DNA of 64,000 nucleotides, taken from NCBI GenBank assembly GCA_963847615.1, contig CAWKAN010000013.1, positions 6,264-70,263 of the forward strand. Reading direction: 5' to 3'. The notes beneath the pieces are model-generated. The model searched no databases. It was not told where the DNA came from and saw only the letters and a list, made by a program, of their open reading frames with translations. The stretch comes from an uncultured Alphaproteobacteria bacterium (GTDB lineage Bacteria > Pseudomonadota > Alphaproteobacteria > Acetobacterales > Acetobacteraceae). Below are positions 1-8,576 of the stretch, piece by piece (the first letter of the stretch is position 1; the number at the start of each line of letters is the position of its first letter). The translations under genes were made by a program, and so were the position numbers.

Positions 1-120
1 AGTCGTGGGTGCGGGCAGGCGCCGGCGTGACAGGGTACCCCGAAGGGTGCGTCGATTTGCATCGGACGCAAGCCGGGAGATACGGACGACGCGGATTGCC
101 CCCTGGAATACCTTGCCAGC

Positions 121-140
121 CATAACGCATAACGTTATAC
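121..140 (+). promoter_or_regulatory. putative higBA operator: CATAACG x2 overlapping the perfect palindrome ATAACGTTAT (129-138)
   Basis: Read directly. Lies just upstream of the GGAG RBS (141-144) and higB ATG (148). TA operons are commonly autoregulated at such palindromes. Confidence 0.35.
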
Positions 141-147
141 GGAGTGG

Positions 148-429
148 ATGATCGTCAGCTTTCGATCATCGGAGACCGAGCGTATCTGGCACGGCCGGTT
201 CAGCCGCACCCTGCCGCACGATATCCAGCAGACCGCGCTCCGGAAGCTTCGGATGCTGAACAACGCCAAAGTGCTGGGGGATCTCGCCGTGCCGCCGAAC
301 AATCGCCTTGAAGCCCTCAAAGGCGATCGGGCCGGCCAGCACAGCATTCGACTCAACCGGCAATGGCGCGTCTGTTTTGTGTGGACACAGGGAGGTCCGG
401 ATCATGTCGAGATCGTCGACTATCACTGA
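148..429 (+). CDS. higB: HigB-type (RelE/ParE fold) toxin
   Basis: 93-aa ORF with a HigB-like sequence (RIWHGRFSR...NNRLEALKGDRAGQHSIRLNRQWRVCF...VEIVDYH). Toxin-first order, overlapping the downstream HTH antitoxin. Confidence 0.85.
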   Translation: MIVSFRSSETERIWHGRFSRTLPHDIQQTALRKLRMLNNAKVLGDLAVPPNNRLEALKGDRAGQHSIRLNRQWRVCFVWTQGGPDHVEIVDYH

Positions 430-721
430 CGAAATCCCCAACCCAACCCCTGGGGAGGTCCTGCTGCTCGACTTCATCGAGCCCATGGGCCTGACCCAGA
501 ACGGCCTGGCCCGAGCGATCGGCGTGCCGCCACGGCGGATCAATGAGGTCGTCCTCGGCAAGCGAGCGGTGACCGCGGACACGGACTTGCGACTGGCCCG
601 GTACTTTGGGCTTTCCGACGGGTTCTGGCTTGGTCTTCAATCCGACCACGACCTGATGCGCCAGCGTCGAAAGATCGCAGCGGAACTCGGACGCATTGAA
701 CCCCGCACGATCGCCGCCTGA
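404..721 (+). CDS. higA: HigA family HTH-XRE antitoxin
   Basis: ATG at 404 inside track ORF 308-721. Pattern PGEVLLLDFIEPMGLTQNGLARAIGVPPRRINEVVLGKRAVTADTDLRLARYFGLSDGFWLGLQSDHDL is typical of HigA. Confidence 0.85.
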   Translation: MSRSSTITDEIPNPTPGEVLLLDFIEPMGLTQNGLARAIGVPPRRINEVVLGKRAVTADTDLRLARYFGLSDGFWLGLQSDHDLMRQRRKIAAELGRIEPRTIAA

Positions 722-775
722 ATCCCTTTGAGCGGCCAATCGCGCGCCTTGGCACCGCGTGGCTGACTGGTGCAG

Positions 776-1126
776 ACCGCAACTCAGCCTCACCGCGCCG
801 CCCTGCGTGTCGCCGATCGGCTCGTGCAGCACGAGATCGGCGTAGCGATCCCGTCTCGTCCAGGGCAATCGGGTGAAGGGGGTTTTCGGAAAGGTTCGAA
901 TCCAGGTGCGCACACTGGTGGTATTTTTGCATCCAGCCGGCTGCCTGGATGATCGAAAAGAATCAGAAACCCTGTTCACCCGATTGCCCTGCCGTCTCGT
1001 CTCGTCGCGATTGACGATCACCGGATTCGCCCGGTATAAGCCCGCCACCAGGTCACGGGCCGCGCGGCACGGGATGGCGTCGGGGAGACGCTCCTTGCGC
1101 ATCAGTCTGCTCGCCTGCGGAACCAC
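776..1126 (-). pseudogene. 3' remnant of a second Sir2/CobB-like gene, interrupted by a 131-bp MITE
   Basis: The minus frame reads ..LVAGLYRANPVIVNRDET // DRYADLVLHEPIGDTQGGA. This is paralogous to the C-terminus of the intact gene at 1235-1990 (KLVIVNREETGLDRIADLVLHEPIGDTLGGA). DNA 785-840 resembles 1250-1310. No catalytic N-terminal part is present. Confidence 0.55.
861..991. mobile_element. 131-bp MITE with 17-bp perfect terminal inverted repeats CAGGGCAATCGGGTGAA
   Basis: TIRs at 861-877 and 975-991. Flanked by the identical 10-bp direct repeat CCGTCTCGTC (851-860 and 992-1001), consistent with a target-site duplication. Confidence 0.65.
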
Positions 1127-1143
1127 GAAGACCCTGATCCGCG

Positions 1144-1168
1144 CTGTCTAGCACATAGTGCTAGACAG
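1144..1168. repeat. 25-bp palindrome CTGTCTAGCAC-ATA-GTGCTAGACAG (11-bp perfect arms, two CTAG)
   Basis: Read directly. Lies between the sir2 stop (1235) and the sir2 remnant. No T-run, so it is not a canonical intrinsic terminator. Confidence 0.7.
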
Positions 1169-1234
1169 GAGGTTGCCGCCGCCCGCGAGCGTTTTTCGTA
1201 TGTCCGTGGTGCGTTTGGGTGACCGGGCGGTGCG

Positions 1235-1990
1235 TCAGTTCACCACTACGGCGCCGCCCAACGTGTCGCCGATCGGCTCGTGCAGCACGAGGTCGGCGAT
1301 CCGGTCCAACCCGGTCTCCTCGCGGTTGACGATCACCAGTTTTGCCCCGTTGTGCTTGGCCAGTTCGGGAAACCCCGCCGCCGGATAGACCACCAGCGAG
1401 GAGCCGAGCACGATGAACAGATCGGCGGCGAGCGTCGCCGCCTCCGCCCGGCGCATCGCCAGCACCGGCATCGACTGGCCGAAGGAGATGGTGGCGGTCT
1501 TCACCAGGCCGTCGCATTTCAGGCAGACCGGCGGGGTGGCGTCCGTTTCGAACGCGGCGCGGAGCGGCGCCAGCTCGTGGCGCTCGCCGCAGTCGAGGCA
1601 GGTGGCGTAGGTGGTGTTGCCGTGCAGCTCGATCACCTGGCGGTCGGGCACGCCGGAGGCCTGGTGCAGGCCGTCGATGTTCTGCGTGATCACCGCGGCG
1701 ACGGTGCCGCGGCGGACCAGGGTGGCGACGGCGCGGTGGCCGCGATTGGGCTCGGCGGCGCGGAACGTGTCCTCCATCGCGAAGCGGCGGCGCCAGGCCT
1801 CGCGGCGCATTTCCTCGGACGCAATGAAATCCTGGAAGTCGATCGGCGCCATGCGCGTCCAGATGCCGCCGGGGGAGCGGAAATCGGGGATGCCGGATTC
1901 GGTGGAGATGCCGGCGCCGGTGAACACCACGGCTTGGCGCGCCGCGTCCAGCATCGCGCGCAGCCGGGCCGCCGGGGTGGGCCCGCTCAT
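1235..1990 (-). CDS. cobB: Sir2 family NAD-dependent protein deacylase (CobB-like)
   Basis: 251 aa starting at ATG 1990 within track ORF 1235-2929. Motifs GAGISTESGIPDFR, QNIDGLH, CxxC...CxxC (CLDCG..CLKCDG), VLGSSLVVYPAA. Confidence 0.9.
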   Translation of the reverse strand: MSGPTPAARLRAMLDAARQAVVFTGAGISTESGIPDFRSPGGIWTRMAPIDFQDFIASEEMRREAWRRRFAMEDTFRAAEPNRGHRAVATLVRRGTVAAVITQNIDGLHQASGVPDRQVIELHGNTTYATCLDCGERHELAPLRAAFETDATPPVCLKCDGLVKTATISFGQSMPVLAMRRAEAATLAADLFIVLGSSLVVYPAAGFPELAKHNGAKLVIVNREETGLDRIADLVLHEPIGDTLGGAVVVN

Positions 1991-2670
1991 TGCTGGGCCG
2001 CCTGCTGTGCGGCGAGGATCGCGCCGATGCGCGCGTTGGTGCCGTTGATGTCGGCGAAGCTTTCGCCTTGCGTGACGCGGGCGAGCGCTTCCTTCTCCGC
2101 CTGCTGCATGGCGATCGCGCGCGCGGCGGATGTTTCGATGTCGGACGGCGGCAGCACCAGCACGCCATTCTCGTCGGCGAACACCACGTCGCCGGGCGTC
2201 ACCGGCACGCCGCCGCAACTGATCGGCACGCAGAATTCGCCGCCGATGAAGCGCGGCTTGCAGGTGATCGGCGACAGGCCGCGCGCCCAGACCGGCATGG
2301 CGTAGTCGCGCAGCTCCTGGATGTCGGTGGCGACGCCGTCGATGATGATGCCGAGGCAGCCGGCCGCGCGCGCGGCGAAGGCGACGCCGCCGCCGCAGCA
2401 GGCGTGGCGCGTGTCGCCGGCGCGGTCGATCACCAGGATGTCGCCGGGGCGGAGTTTTCCCAATGCGTAATGCACGATGGCGGTATCGTCGCCGTCGAAG
2501 CGGACGGTGACGGCGGTGCCGGCGATCCGCCGGTCGGGCAGCAGGGCGCGGATCTGCGGGTCCATGAAGCCGACCTGGCGGAAGTGGCCGATGGTGGCCG
2601 GCTCGGCTTGCAGCAGCAGCGCCAGGCGCGCGGGCGCGATCTGCGGCGGCGGGTCGTTGATGACGAACAT
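1987..2670 (-). CDS. RraA family protein (RraA / HMG-CHA aldolase-like)
   Basis: 227-aa ORF with GDILVIDRAGDTRHACCGGGVAFAARAAGCLGIIIDGVATDIQELRDYAMPVWARG. Its stop overlaps the sir2 start (ATGA). Confidence 0.8.
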   Translation of the reverse strand: MFVINDPPPQIAPARLALLLQAEPATIGHFRQVGFMDPQIRALLPDRRIAGTAVTVRFDGDDTAIVHYALGKLRPGDILVIDRAGDTRHACCGGGVAFAARAAGCLGIIIDGVATDIQELRDYAMPVWARGLSPITCKPRFIGGEFCVPISCGGVPVTPGDVVFADENGVLVLPPSDIETSAARAIAMQQAEKEALARVTQGESFADINGTNARIGAILAAQQAAQQ

Positions 2671-2837
2671 GCGCGGAGCTCCGGGCTGGTGGCGAGAAGC
2701 CTATCGCGACAGCGCGCGGCCCGCCAACGCCCGGGCGTTCACCAGCCGGCAAGGATCGCCGGATAGGGTCGAGCGACAGGGGCTGCTGCGGGCGCCGCCC
2801 GGTTCCGTGAAACAGGCCTTGATGTGTGTATACACCT

Positions 2838-3122
2838 ATGGATATAATCTCGCCGGACTTCGAGTGGGATGAGGCGAAGCGGCAGTCCAACATCCGCAAG
2901 CACGGCCTCGATCTGCTGCGCGGGATCACCCTGCTGGATGGGCGGCCTGTTTACACCTACGCCTCCCCCCGGCAGGACGAGGTGCGTTTTGTCAGCGTCG
3001 GGCGGCTGGATGCAAACATCGTCGCCCTGGTCTGGACCGAACGACCGCCGCTGGTCAGGCTTATATCGCTCAGGAGAGCACGCGATGCCGAAAGCAGGAC
3101 GTATCAGGCGAGCCTCCGCTGA
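2838..3122 (+). CDS. brnT: BrnT family toxin (DUF497)
   Basis: MDIISPDFEWDEAKRQSNIRKHGLDLL... is a typical BrnT N-terminus. ATG at 2838 (the track ORF starts at GTG 2826). Overlaps the downstream brnA. Confidence 0.8.
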   Translation: MDIISPDFEWDEAKRQSNIRKHGLDLLRGITLLDGRPVYTYASPRQDEVRFVSVGRLDANIVALVWTERPPLVRLISLRRARDAESRTYQASLR

Positions 3123-3420
3123 GGAGATCAAGGCGATGCTGGCGCGCGGCGAGGACCAGACCGACTGGGCGCGCGTCAAGGCGATGCCGCAGGACGAGGT
3201 CGAGCGCCTCGCCGACGAAGAGGACGGCCCGCTGCCCGAGGGGTGGGAGAAGACCATCGTGCTCGGTATTCCCGAGCCCAAGCAGGGCGTGCACATTCGC
3301 CTCGATGCCGACGTGCTGCGCTGGTTCAAGGCGCAGGGACCCGGCTACCAGACGCGGATCAACGCCGTGCTGCGCGCCTTCATGGCGGCGCGCCGGCGGA
3401 GCGACGCAGCGGCGGAATAG
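3085..3420 (+). CDS. brnA: BrnA antitoxin
   Basis: ATG at 3085 inside track ORF 2869-3420. C-terminal pattern VHIRLDADVLRWFKAQGPGYQTRINAVLRAFM is typical of BrnA. Confidence 0.8.
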   Translation: MPKAGRIRRASAEEIKAMLARGEDQTDWARVKAMPQDEVERLADEEDGPLPEGWEKTIVLGIPEPKQGVHIRLDADVLRWFKAQGPGYQTRINAVLRAFMAARRRSDAAAE

Positions 3421-3479
3421 CGGTGGGCTGGATCTGATACGGAACGGTTTGTCGGGTTTGGCGCGGTGCTGTGGTTTGG

Positions 3480-3586
3480 CACTGGCGGAATGCGCTGCGC
3501 TGTTCCGCCCTACGGCGATGATGCCCTCCGACGGCTGCGGCTGGCGCAGATCGTCGGGCGGAATAGCGCAGCGCATGCCGCCAGTG
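3480..3586. repeat. REP family B palindromic element (GGCGGAA-GCGCTGCGC-TTCCGCCC arms)
   Basis: Inverted arms at 3480-3510 and 3556-3586. The same family occurs at 4780-4920. Confidence 0.75.
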
Positions 3587-3618
3587 CCGTCGCGGAACGA
3601 TCGCCGCGTGCCGAGGCC

Positions 3619-4506
3619 CTACGCCGGCGGCGGCGCCTCGCCCTTGATCTGGGTGCGGTGCATGATCCGTCTTGCTCCCGGATCGAACGGCTCGCGCCGG
3701 TGCATGGTGCAGCGGTTGTCCCACAGCACCAGGTCGCCGACCCGCCAGGCGTTGTACCAGGTCAGCTCGTCGCGCGTGGCGTAGTCCCAGATTTCGTCGA
3801 GCAACGCTTCGGACTCGGTGAGCGGTAATCCCTCGATGTAGGCGTTACGCCGGCGGCCGAGATACAGGCCGCGCCGCAAGCTGTCGGGGTGCGTGCATAC
3901 CAGCGGATGGAACGTTCCGGGCGCGGAGACCGGGTCATCGGTCGGCGTGACGCCCTGGCGCACATAGCCGCCGCTGTTGTAGGTGCCGTCGTGCTTCACC
4001 CGCTTGCCGGCGAGGCGCTGGCGCAGCGCGGCGGGCAACGTCTCGTAGGCGCGGTACATGCTGCTGAAGCCGGTGTTGCCGCCGGCGGGCGGGATCTCCA
4101 GCGCATAGAGCATGCTCGCCTTGGGCGGGTCCCGGAGATAGGACATGTCGGTGTGCCACACCGCCTCGCCGGCGCCGAGGCTGCCGATGGCGACGCCGTT
4201 CTCAATCACATTCGAAACGACATAGATCTCCGGGTAGCCGTCGACGAAGCGGCGGCCGTTCTCCTGGATCGGCGCCTGGTCGAGCGCGCCGAAGCGGCGG
4301 CTGAAGCCGAGCAGCGCGTCGTCGTCCAGGCGCTGGTCGCGGAACAGCAGCACCTGGTGGTCGATCCAGGCACGGTGGATCGTGGCGAACGCTGCATCGT
4401 CGATGGCGCGCAGGTCAACACCGCGCAGCTCGGCGCCGAGCGCCGCGCCGGTGGGAATGATCTCGATCCGGCTGCGCACGGACGTGGCGTCACTGGACGA
4501 TGGCAT
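3619..4506 (-). CDS. TauD/TfdA family Fe(II)/2-oxoglutarate dioxygenase
   Basis: Track ORF 3619-4539, with start chosen at ATG 4506 behind a GAGGGG RBS. Contains WHTDMSY (HxD) and GDLVLWDNRCTMHRR. Confidence 0.85.
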   Translation of the reverse strand: MPSSSDATSVRSRIEIIPTGAALGAELRGVDLRAIDDAAFATIHRAWIDHQVLLFRDQRLDDDALLGFSRRFGALDQAPIQENGRRFVDGYPEIYVVSNVIENGVAIGSLGAGEAVWHTDMSYLRDPPKASMLYALEIPPAGGNTGFSSMYRAYETLPAALRQRLAGKRVKHDGTYNSGGYVRQGVTPTDDPVSAPGTFHPLVCTHPDSLRRGLYLGRRRNAYIEGLPLTESEALLDEIWDYATRDELTWYNAWRVGDLVLWDNRCTMHRREPFDPGARRIMHRTQIKGEAPPPA

Positions 4507-4616
4507 TGCGTTCCCCCCTCGTTTGCCTACGGCATTCACCTATCGTTGCCCGAGGCGGTCGGCGCGCTCCGGTGATGCGACCTGGGCGCTGGCTGCATCA
4601 CCAGCAAGTAAGGCTT

Positions 4617-4656
4617 CCAACACGGAGGAAGCACGGAGGGCCACGGAGAAGCAAGG
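4617..4656. repeat. REP family C unit (tandem CACGGAGG-type motifs)
   Basis: AACACGGAGGAAGCACGGAGGGCCACGGAGAAGCAAGG. Related copies at 19745-19787 (inverted) and 31335-31428 (palindromic pair). Confidence 0.7.
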
Positions 4657-4779
4657 AATTTGGGCGCTTCGCGCGGTCGTCGGTTCCGGCACCGCGCGCA
4701 GCAGCGCATCGATGCCTTCTGCGTGGTCCTGCGTGGTCCTCCGGGTTAAAATTCTTGGCTCATATGGCGTTGGCGGTTG

Positions 4780-4920
4780 GACGGCCCCGTAGGGCGGAAA
4801 AGCGCAGCGCCTTCCGCCGTCGGACGGTGGCGGGATATGTTGTTGGGGACGTCGGCAGATGCGAGCGGCTCGCCCGGCGGTGGCGGAAGGCGCTGCGCTT
4901 TTCCGCCCTACGGGCCGTCC
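4780..4920. repeat. REP family B palindromic element
   Basis: Arms GGACGGCCCCGTAGGGCGGAAAAGCGCAGCGCCTTCCGCC (4780-4818) and the reverse complement at 4882-4920. Confidence 0.8.
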
Positions 4921-5037
4921 GGGGCCGACCGGTCGGTCGACAATCGCGGGCAGGGGGTGGGTGAATCCCGTCGCCTCGTTTGCCGGGGAGTGTAACATAC
5001 CGCCGTGGCCGCGGGCGAGCTGGGTGGGCGGATCCCA

Positions 5038-5369
5038 CAGGGCAATTCGCTGAACGAAAGCAAGGCCGGGGCTCCGCCCCGAACCCCGCCAAGGGGCTTT
5101 GCCCCCTGGACCCCCACCAGAGGCAGCGGCCTCTGGACTCCATGACTGGGCGTGTGGGGAGGGGAAGGGGGCGGGTGGGCGAGGCGAAGGGGCGCCGTCC
5201 GGCGTGCCGGACGGCGCCCTTTCGCCTCGCCCACCCGCCCCCTTCCCCTCCCCACACTCCCAGTGAAGGGTTCCAAGGGCTCGCCCTTGGTGGGGGTCCA
5301 GGGGGCAAAGCCCCCTGGCGGGGTTCGGGGCGGAGCCCCGGCCTTGCTTTCGTGCAGCGAATTGCCCTG
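5038..5369. repeat. REP family A: roughly 330-bp near-perfect palindromic element, termini CAGGGCAATTCGCTG
   Basis: The left and right halves are reverse complements around a centre near 5204. Family members at 26270, 34128, 45670/47928 (split), 54655 (short) and 62563. Confidence 0.85.
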
Positions 5370-5386
5370 GGGACGCGGCGTCCGCG

Positions 5387-6661
5387 CTACCGCGCCGCGG
5401 CGATCACCTCATCCAGCGCCGGCTTGATGTCGCGCTGGAACGTCGCCAGGGTTTCGATCACCACCTCCTTCGGCGTCTGCGCGAAGTGGTTGATCAGGGT
5501 GATATATTCCGCCGGGAAAACCTTCCACTGGGCGACCAGTTCGCGCCGCACATCCTCCACCGTGCCGAAGATGAACAGGCCGGAGTTCACCAGCGAGCCC
5601 AGATAGTCGTCGTTCTCCACCTTGCGCCGGCCCATGGCGGAGTAGAAATTCTTCCAGATGTCCAGGTCGTACGCCTTGATGCGCTCCAGCGCGTCTTCCT
5701 TGGTGCGGCCGATCTCGATCCAGCGGACCATGCATTGGTTCTGGCCGGGGCGGAACGCGCGGCCGTTGGCGGCGGCGGCCTTGCGGTAGACCTCGCCGAG
5801 CGGGCCGGCGGACTGGATGTTGGTGAAGTAGGTCGGCACGAAGCCGTGCTTGCCGGCGAACGCGATCGTTTCGGGGCTGCCGGACCCGGCCAGGAACACC
5901 GGCGGCAACGCGTAGGGGGCCGGGGCGACCACCACGCGGCGGGTGTGGCTGTCGGCATCGACCTCGCCGGGGGCGCCGAATTTCTGCGTCACGCCCATCA
6001 GCGCCAGCGGCCAGTCGTCCACGCCGGTGTCGTACGGATAGGGGATCTGCCAGTTGGCGCTGTTGTGGTCGAAGCTTTCCTCGGTCCATGCCTTCAGCAT
6101 GATCTCGACATGGTCCTCGAAGATGGCGCGGTTGCGCGCGTCGTCGTCGAGATCCTTCTGCAGCGCGGTCGGCGTGGCGAAGCCGGCACCGAGCACGGCG
6201 GGATTGTAGACCGCGCCGGACGGCGACTTGGTGGCGCGGGTGCCGTAGCGCTGGCCGAGCACGTTGGTCCAGCGCGACTGGTAGCCGCGCGCCAGGCCGA
6301 CGAAGGTGCGGCCTTGCGCGAGGTGGCTGAGCACCGCGGTTTCCTCGGCGACGCGGATCGGGTTGTGGGTGGCCAGCACGTAGCCGAGCACGCCGATGTT
6401 GATGCGTTTGGTTTTCGCCGCCCAGTAGGCCTGCACCACGCCGGGGGCGGGGGCGACCTCGTAGCCCTCGGACCAGAAATGGTGCTCGATCGTGCCGGCA
6501 CCCCACAGGCCGAGCTCGTCGGCGGCCTGGACGATGTCCACCGCGCCGCGCATCGCCGCCTGGTAGAGTTCGCGGTTGCGCCCGATCGGGCGCAGCGCGG
6601 CGCGCTCGGCCTCGTCCTTGGCCGGCATCACCGGATAGATGATCGTCATCGGTTTCAGCAT
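5387..6661 (-). CDS. LLM class flavin-dependent (luciferase-like) oxidoreductase
   Basis: 424-aa ORF; whole-length luciferase-like monooxygenase pattern (GTIEHHFWSEGYEV..., NIGVLGYVLATHNPIRVAEE, GRTFVGLARGY). Confidence 0.8.
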   Translation of the reverse strand: MLKPMTIIYPVMPAKDEAERAALRPIGRNRELYQAAMRGAVDIVQAADELGLWGAGTIEHHFWSEGYEVAPAPGVVQAYWAAKTKRINIGVLGYVLATHNPIRVAEETAVLSHLAQGRTFVGLARGYQSRWTNVLGQRYGTRATKSPSGAVYNPAVLGAGFATPTALQKDLDDDARNRAIFEDHVEIMLKAWTEESFDHNSANWQIPYPYDTGVDDWPLALMGVTQKFGAPGEVDADSHTRRVVVAPAPYALPPVFLAGSGSPETIAFAGKHGFVPTYFTNIQSAGPLGEVYRKAAAANGRAFRPGQNQCMVRWIEIGRTKEDALERIKAYDLDIWKNFYSAMGRRKVENDDYLGSLVNSGLFIFGTVEDVRRELVAQWKVFPAEYITLINHFAQTPKEVVIETLATFQRDIKPALDEVIAAAR

Positions 6662-6865
6662 CGTGGAGCGTCCCTGGCTGTGGCTGGCCGGCGTGGTGCT
6701 GCCTGAAGGTCAGCGAATCATACCGGCGGGTATGGCGGCGTCAACCAAATCGCCCCACCGAAGCGCCCCGGCAAATCGCCCGCCCGTGTGACGCAGATCG
6801 CTTTTTGCCGCGCGCCGCGGCGGTAGCGTTGCACCTGAGGCAAACAGGCACGAGGGGAGGCGACG

Positions 6866-7159
6866 ATGACGGAGCATGCTGGCCAAGCGGCGCACCACGC
6901 AATCGCGCGGCGCCAGTTCGACGCGTTCAACGAGGTCGGCCACGGGGTCCGGCTCAACGACGAGGACCGCCGCCGGCTGCTGTTGATGTCGCCGCAGGAA
7001 TGGTCGGCCTGGGAGGCGTTTCTGGCCGGCGACGGCGCGCCGCCGCCGCAGCCGGCGGTGCCGGTGGTGCTGCTGCGGCTCGCCAAGGCGAGCTACCGGC
7101 TGGCCGTGCGCGCCGATCGCGATCGCGCCGGGCCTGCCGCGACGCTGGCGGTGCACTGA
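6866..7159 (+). CDS. hypothetical protein (faint Xre/ParS-antitoxin-like flavour only)
   Basis: 97-aa ORF preceded by GGAGG. No recognisable partner gene. Confidence 0.35.
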   Translation: MTEHAGQAAHHAIARRQFDAFNEVGHGVRLNDEDRRRLLLMSPQEWSAWEAFLAGDGAPPPQPAVPVVLLRLAKASYRLAVRADRDRAGPAATLAVH

Positions 7160-7263
7160 CCGCGGCAGGGGCGGCACCGCCGCGCGGACCGGGGCGCCGC
7201 CGCGGCGTAGCCGGACCGCCGCCGCGCCGCGGCCGGGTCGGGCGGCCGGACCGGGCGGCGCGA

Positions 7264-7686
7264 TCAGGGATCGATGCGCGCGGTGGCGGTGCCGTTGACC
7301 ACCTCCTTGCCGTCCTGGTTGGTGGTGGAGAGCGTCAGGTCGACGTAGTGTTTTCCCGCCTCCTCGCGGATCGCGGCGACGGTCGAGGTGACGTCGAGCG
7401 TGTCGCCGGGCCAGACCTGGTTGGTGAAGCGCACGCCGAATTTGGTCAGCCTGCCGTCGCCGACGTAGTTGGTCAGCATCTTGCCGGTGAGGCCCATCGT
7501 CAGCATGCCGTGGGCGAAGACGCTGGGGTAGAGGGCGACCTCGCGGGTGTAGACCTCGTCGGTGTGCAGCGGGTTGTAGTCGCCGGAGGCGCCGGCGTAC
7601 TGGACGATCTGGGTGCGGGGGAGATTCTCGACCACGCGTTCGCGGTGGGTGTCGCCGACTTGCAGTTTGGATGCTTGCAGTGCCAT
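7264..7686 (-). CDS. MaoC family (R)-hydratase/dehydratase subunit
   Basis: 140 aa with YAGASGDYNPLHTDEVY... and AHGMLTMG hot-dog motifs. Confidence 0.85.
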   Translation of the reverse strand: MALQASKLQVGDTHRERVVENLPRTQIVQYAGASGDYNPLHTDEVYTREVALYPSVFAHGMLTMGLTGKMLTNYVGDGRLTKFGVRFTNQVWPGDTLDVTSTVAAIREEAGKHYVDLTLSTTNQDGKEVVNGTATARIDP

Positions 7687-7699
7687 GGCGGCGTTCCCC

Positions 7700-8170
7700 T
7701 CAGCCCTGGTCCACGGGGCGTTCGGTCGTCACGCCGACGCCGCGCGCGGTGATGACGAGCTCGCCGTTCTGGTCGCGGTATTCGGCGATGCGCTCGCGGA
7801 AGGTCAGCTTGCCGGCGCGCTTGCTTTCCTTCTCCCAGGTCTTGCCCGGTTTCATCTCCACGGTCAGCACGTCGCCGGGGCGGAGGTGGCGGTGGTATTC
7901 GAAGTGCTGCTCGGCGTGCAGGCCGCCGCCGCCGGTCGGGGGCTTGCCCTCGATGCCGCTGGGGGTCTTGCCGGAGCCGAACCAGGGCTGCCCGGGCTTC
8001 GGGCGCAGGTGGTAGTCGGGGTCGAACTGGGCGACCGCCTGGGGGAAGGTGGGCGGGGCGATGATGCCGCCGGGCTCCAGCGACTTCGCCGCCTCGGCAT
8101 CGGCGTAGACCGGGTTGGGGTCGCCGATGGCGCGGGCGAACATCAGGATGTGCGTCGCCTCGACGGGCAT
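7700..8170 (-). CDS. MaoC N-terminal-like (FAS1-like) dehydratase subunit
   Basis: 156 aa from ATG 8170 within track ORF 7700-8344 (FARAIGDPNPVY...). Tandem with 7264-7686, as in two-subunit hot-dog dehydratases. Confidence 0.8.
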   Translation of the reverse strand: MPVEATHILMFARAIGDPNPVYADAEAAKSLEPGGIIAPPTFPQAVAQFDPDYHLRPKPGQPWFGSGKTPSGIEGKPPTGGGGLHAEQHFEYHRHLRPGDVLTVEMKPGKTWEKESKRAGKLTFRERIAEYRDQNGELVITARGVGVTTERPVDQG

Positions 8171-8345
8171 GGTGAGCTTGGGCAACTGCGTCCTCCGGCG
8201 TTGGTTGGGTTGGGGGGAGAGTAGTCCGGTTTCGGATTGGCTCAAGCCGGGCGGTGCTGGCAATCGGGCCGGGGGCAGCTTAGGTAGCTGGAGACGCGAC
8301 CGCCGCCCGCCGGCGGCTTCGCTGGGCCCGTGAAGGGATTGCACC

Positions 8346-8576
8346 GTGGAACGGATCGTGACGCTGCATATCGAGAAGCTGCCGGAGGGCGTCTATCTGG
8401 CGACCTCGGACGACATTCAGGGGCTGGTCGCCCAGGGCCGGACCATCCAGGAGACGGTGGAAATCGCCCGCGACGTGGCAAAAAAACTGATCGAACTGCA
8501 ACGCGGCGACCACGGCGAGATTGCCTATCCGCCGGCGGAAGAGTCGTTCGACTATCCGCTGATCGTGAATGCCTGA
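8346..8576 (+). CDS. hicB: HicB family antitoxin
   Basis: 76 aa, GTG start. EGVYLATSDDIQGLVAQGRTIQETVEIARDVAKKLIE is the HicB/UPF0150 pattern. Confidence 0.8.
   Translation: MERIVTLHIEKLPEGVYLATSDDIQGLVAQGRTIQETVEIARDVAKKLIELQRGDHGEIAYPPAEESFDYPLIVNA

Noticed and set aside
353-1126. A 257-aa minus-strand ORF was considered as a real gene.
   Set aside because: It is a chimera of antisense higA/higB, MITE sequence and the sir2 C-terminal remnant. Only the remnant part carries recognisable protein signal.
4760-5606. ORFs lie inside REP elements (e.g. 4760-5308, 4980-5606, 5152-5427, 26260-28407 N-terminus, 62467-62865).
   Set aside because: They are translated palindromes: the same peptide-like strings appear on both strands and at every REP copy. 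There is no independent coding evidence.
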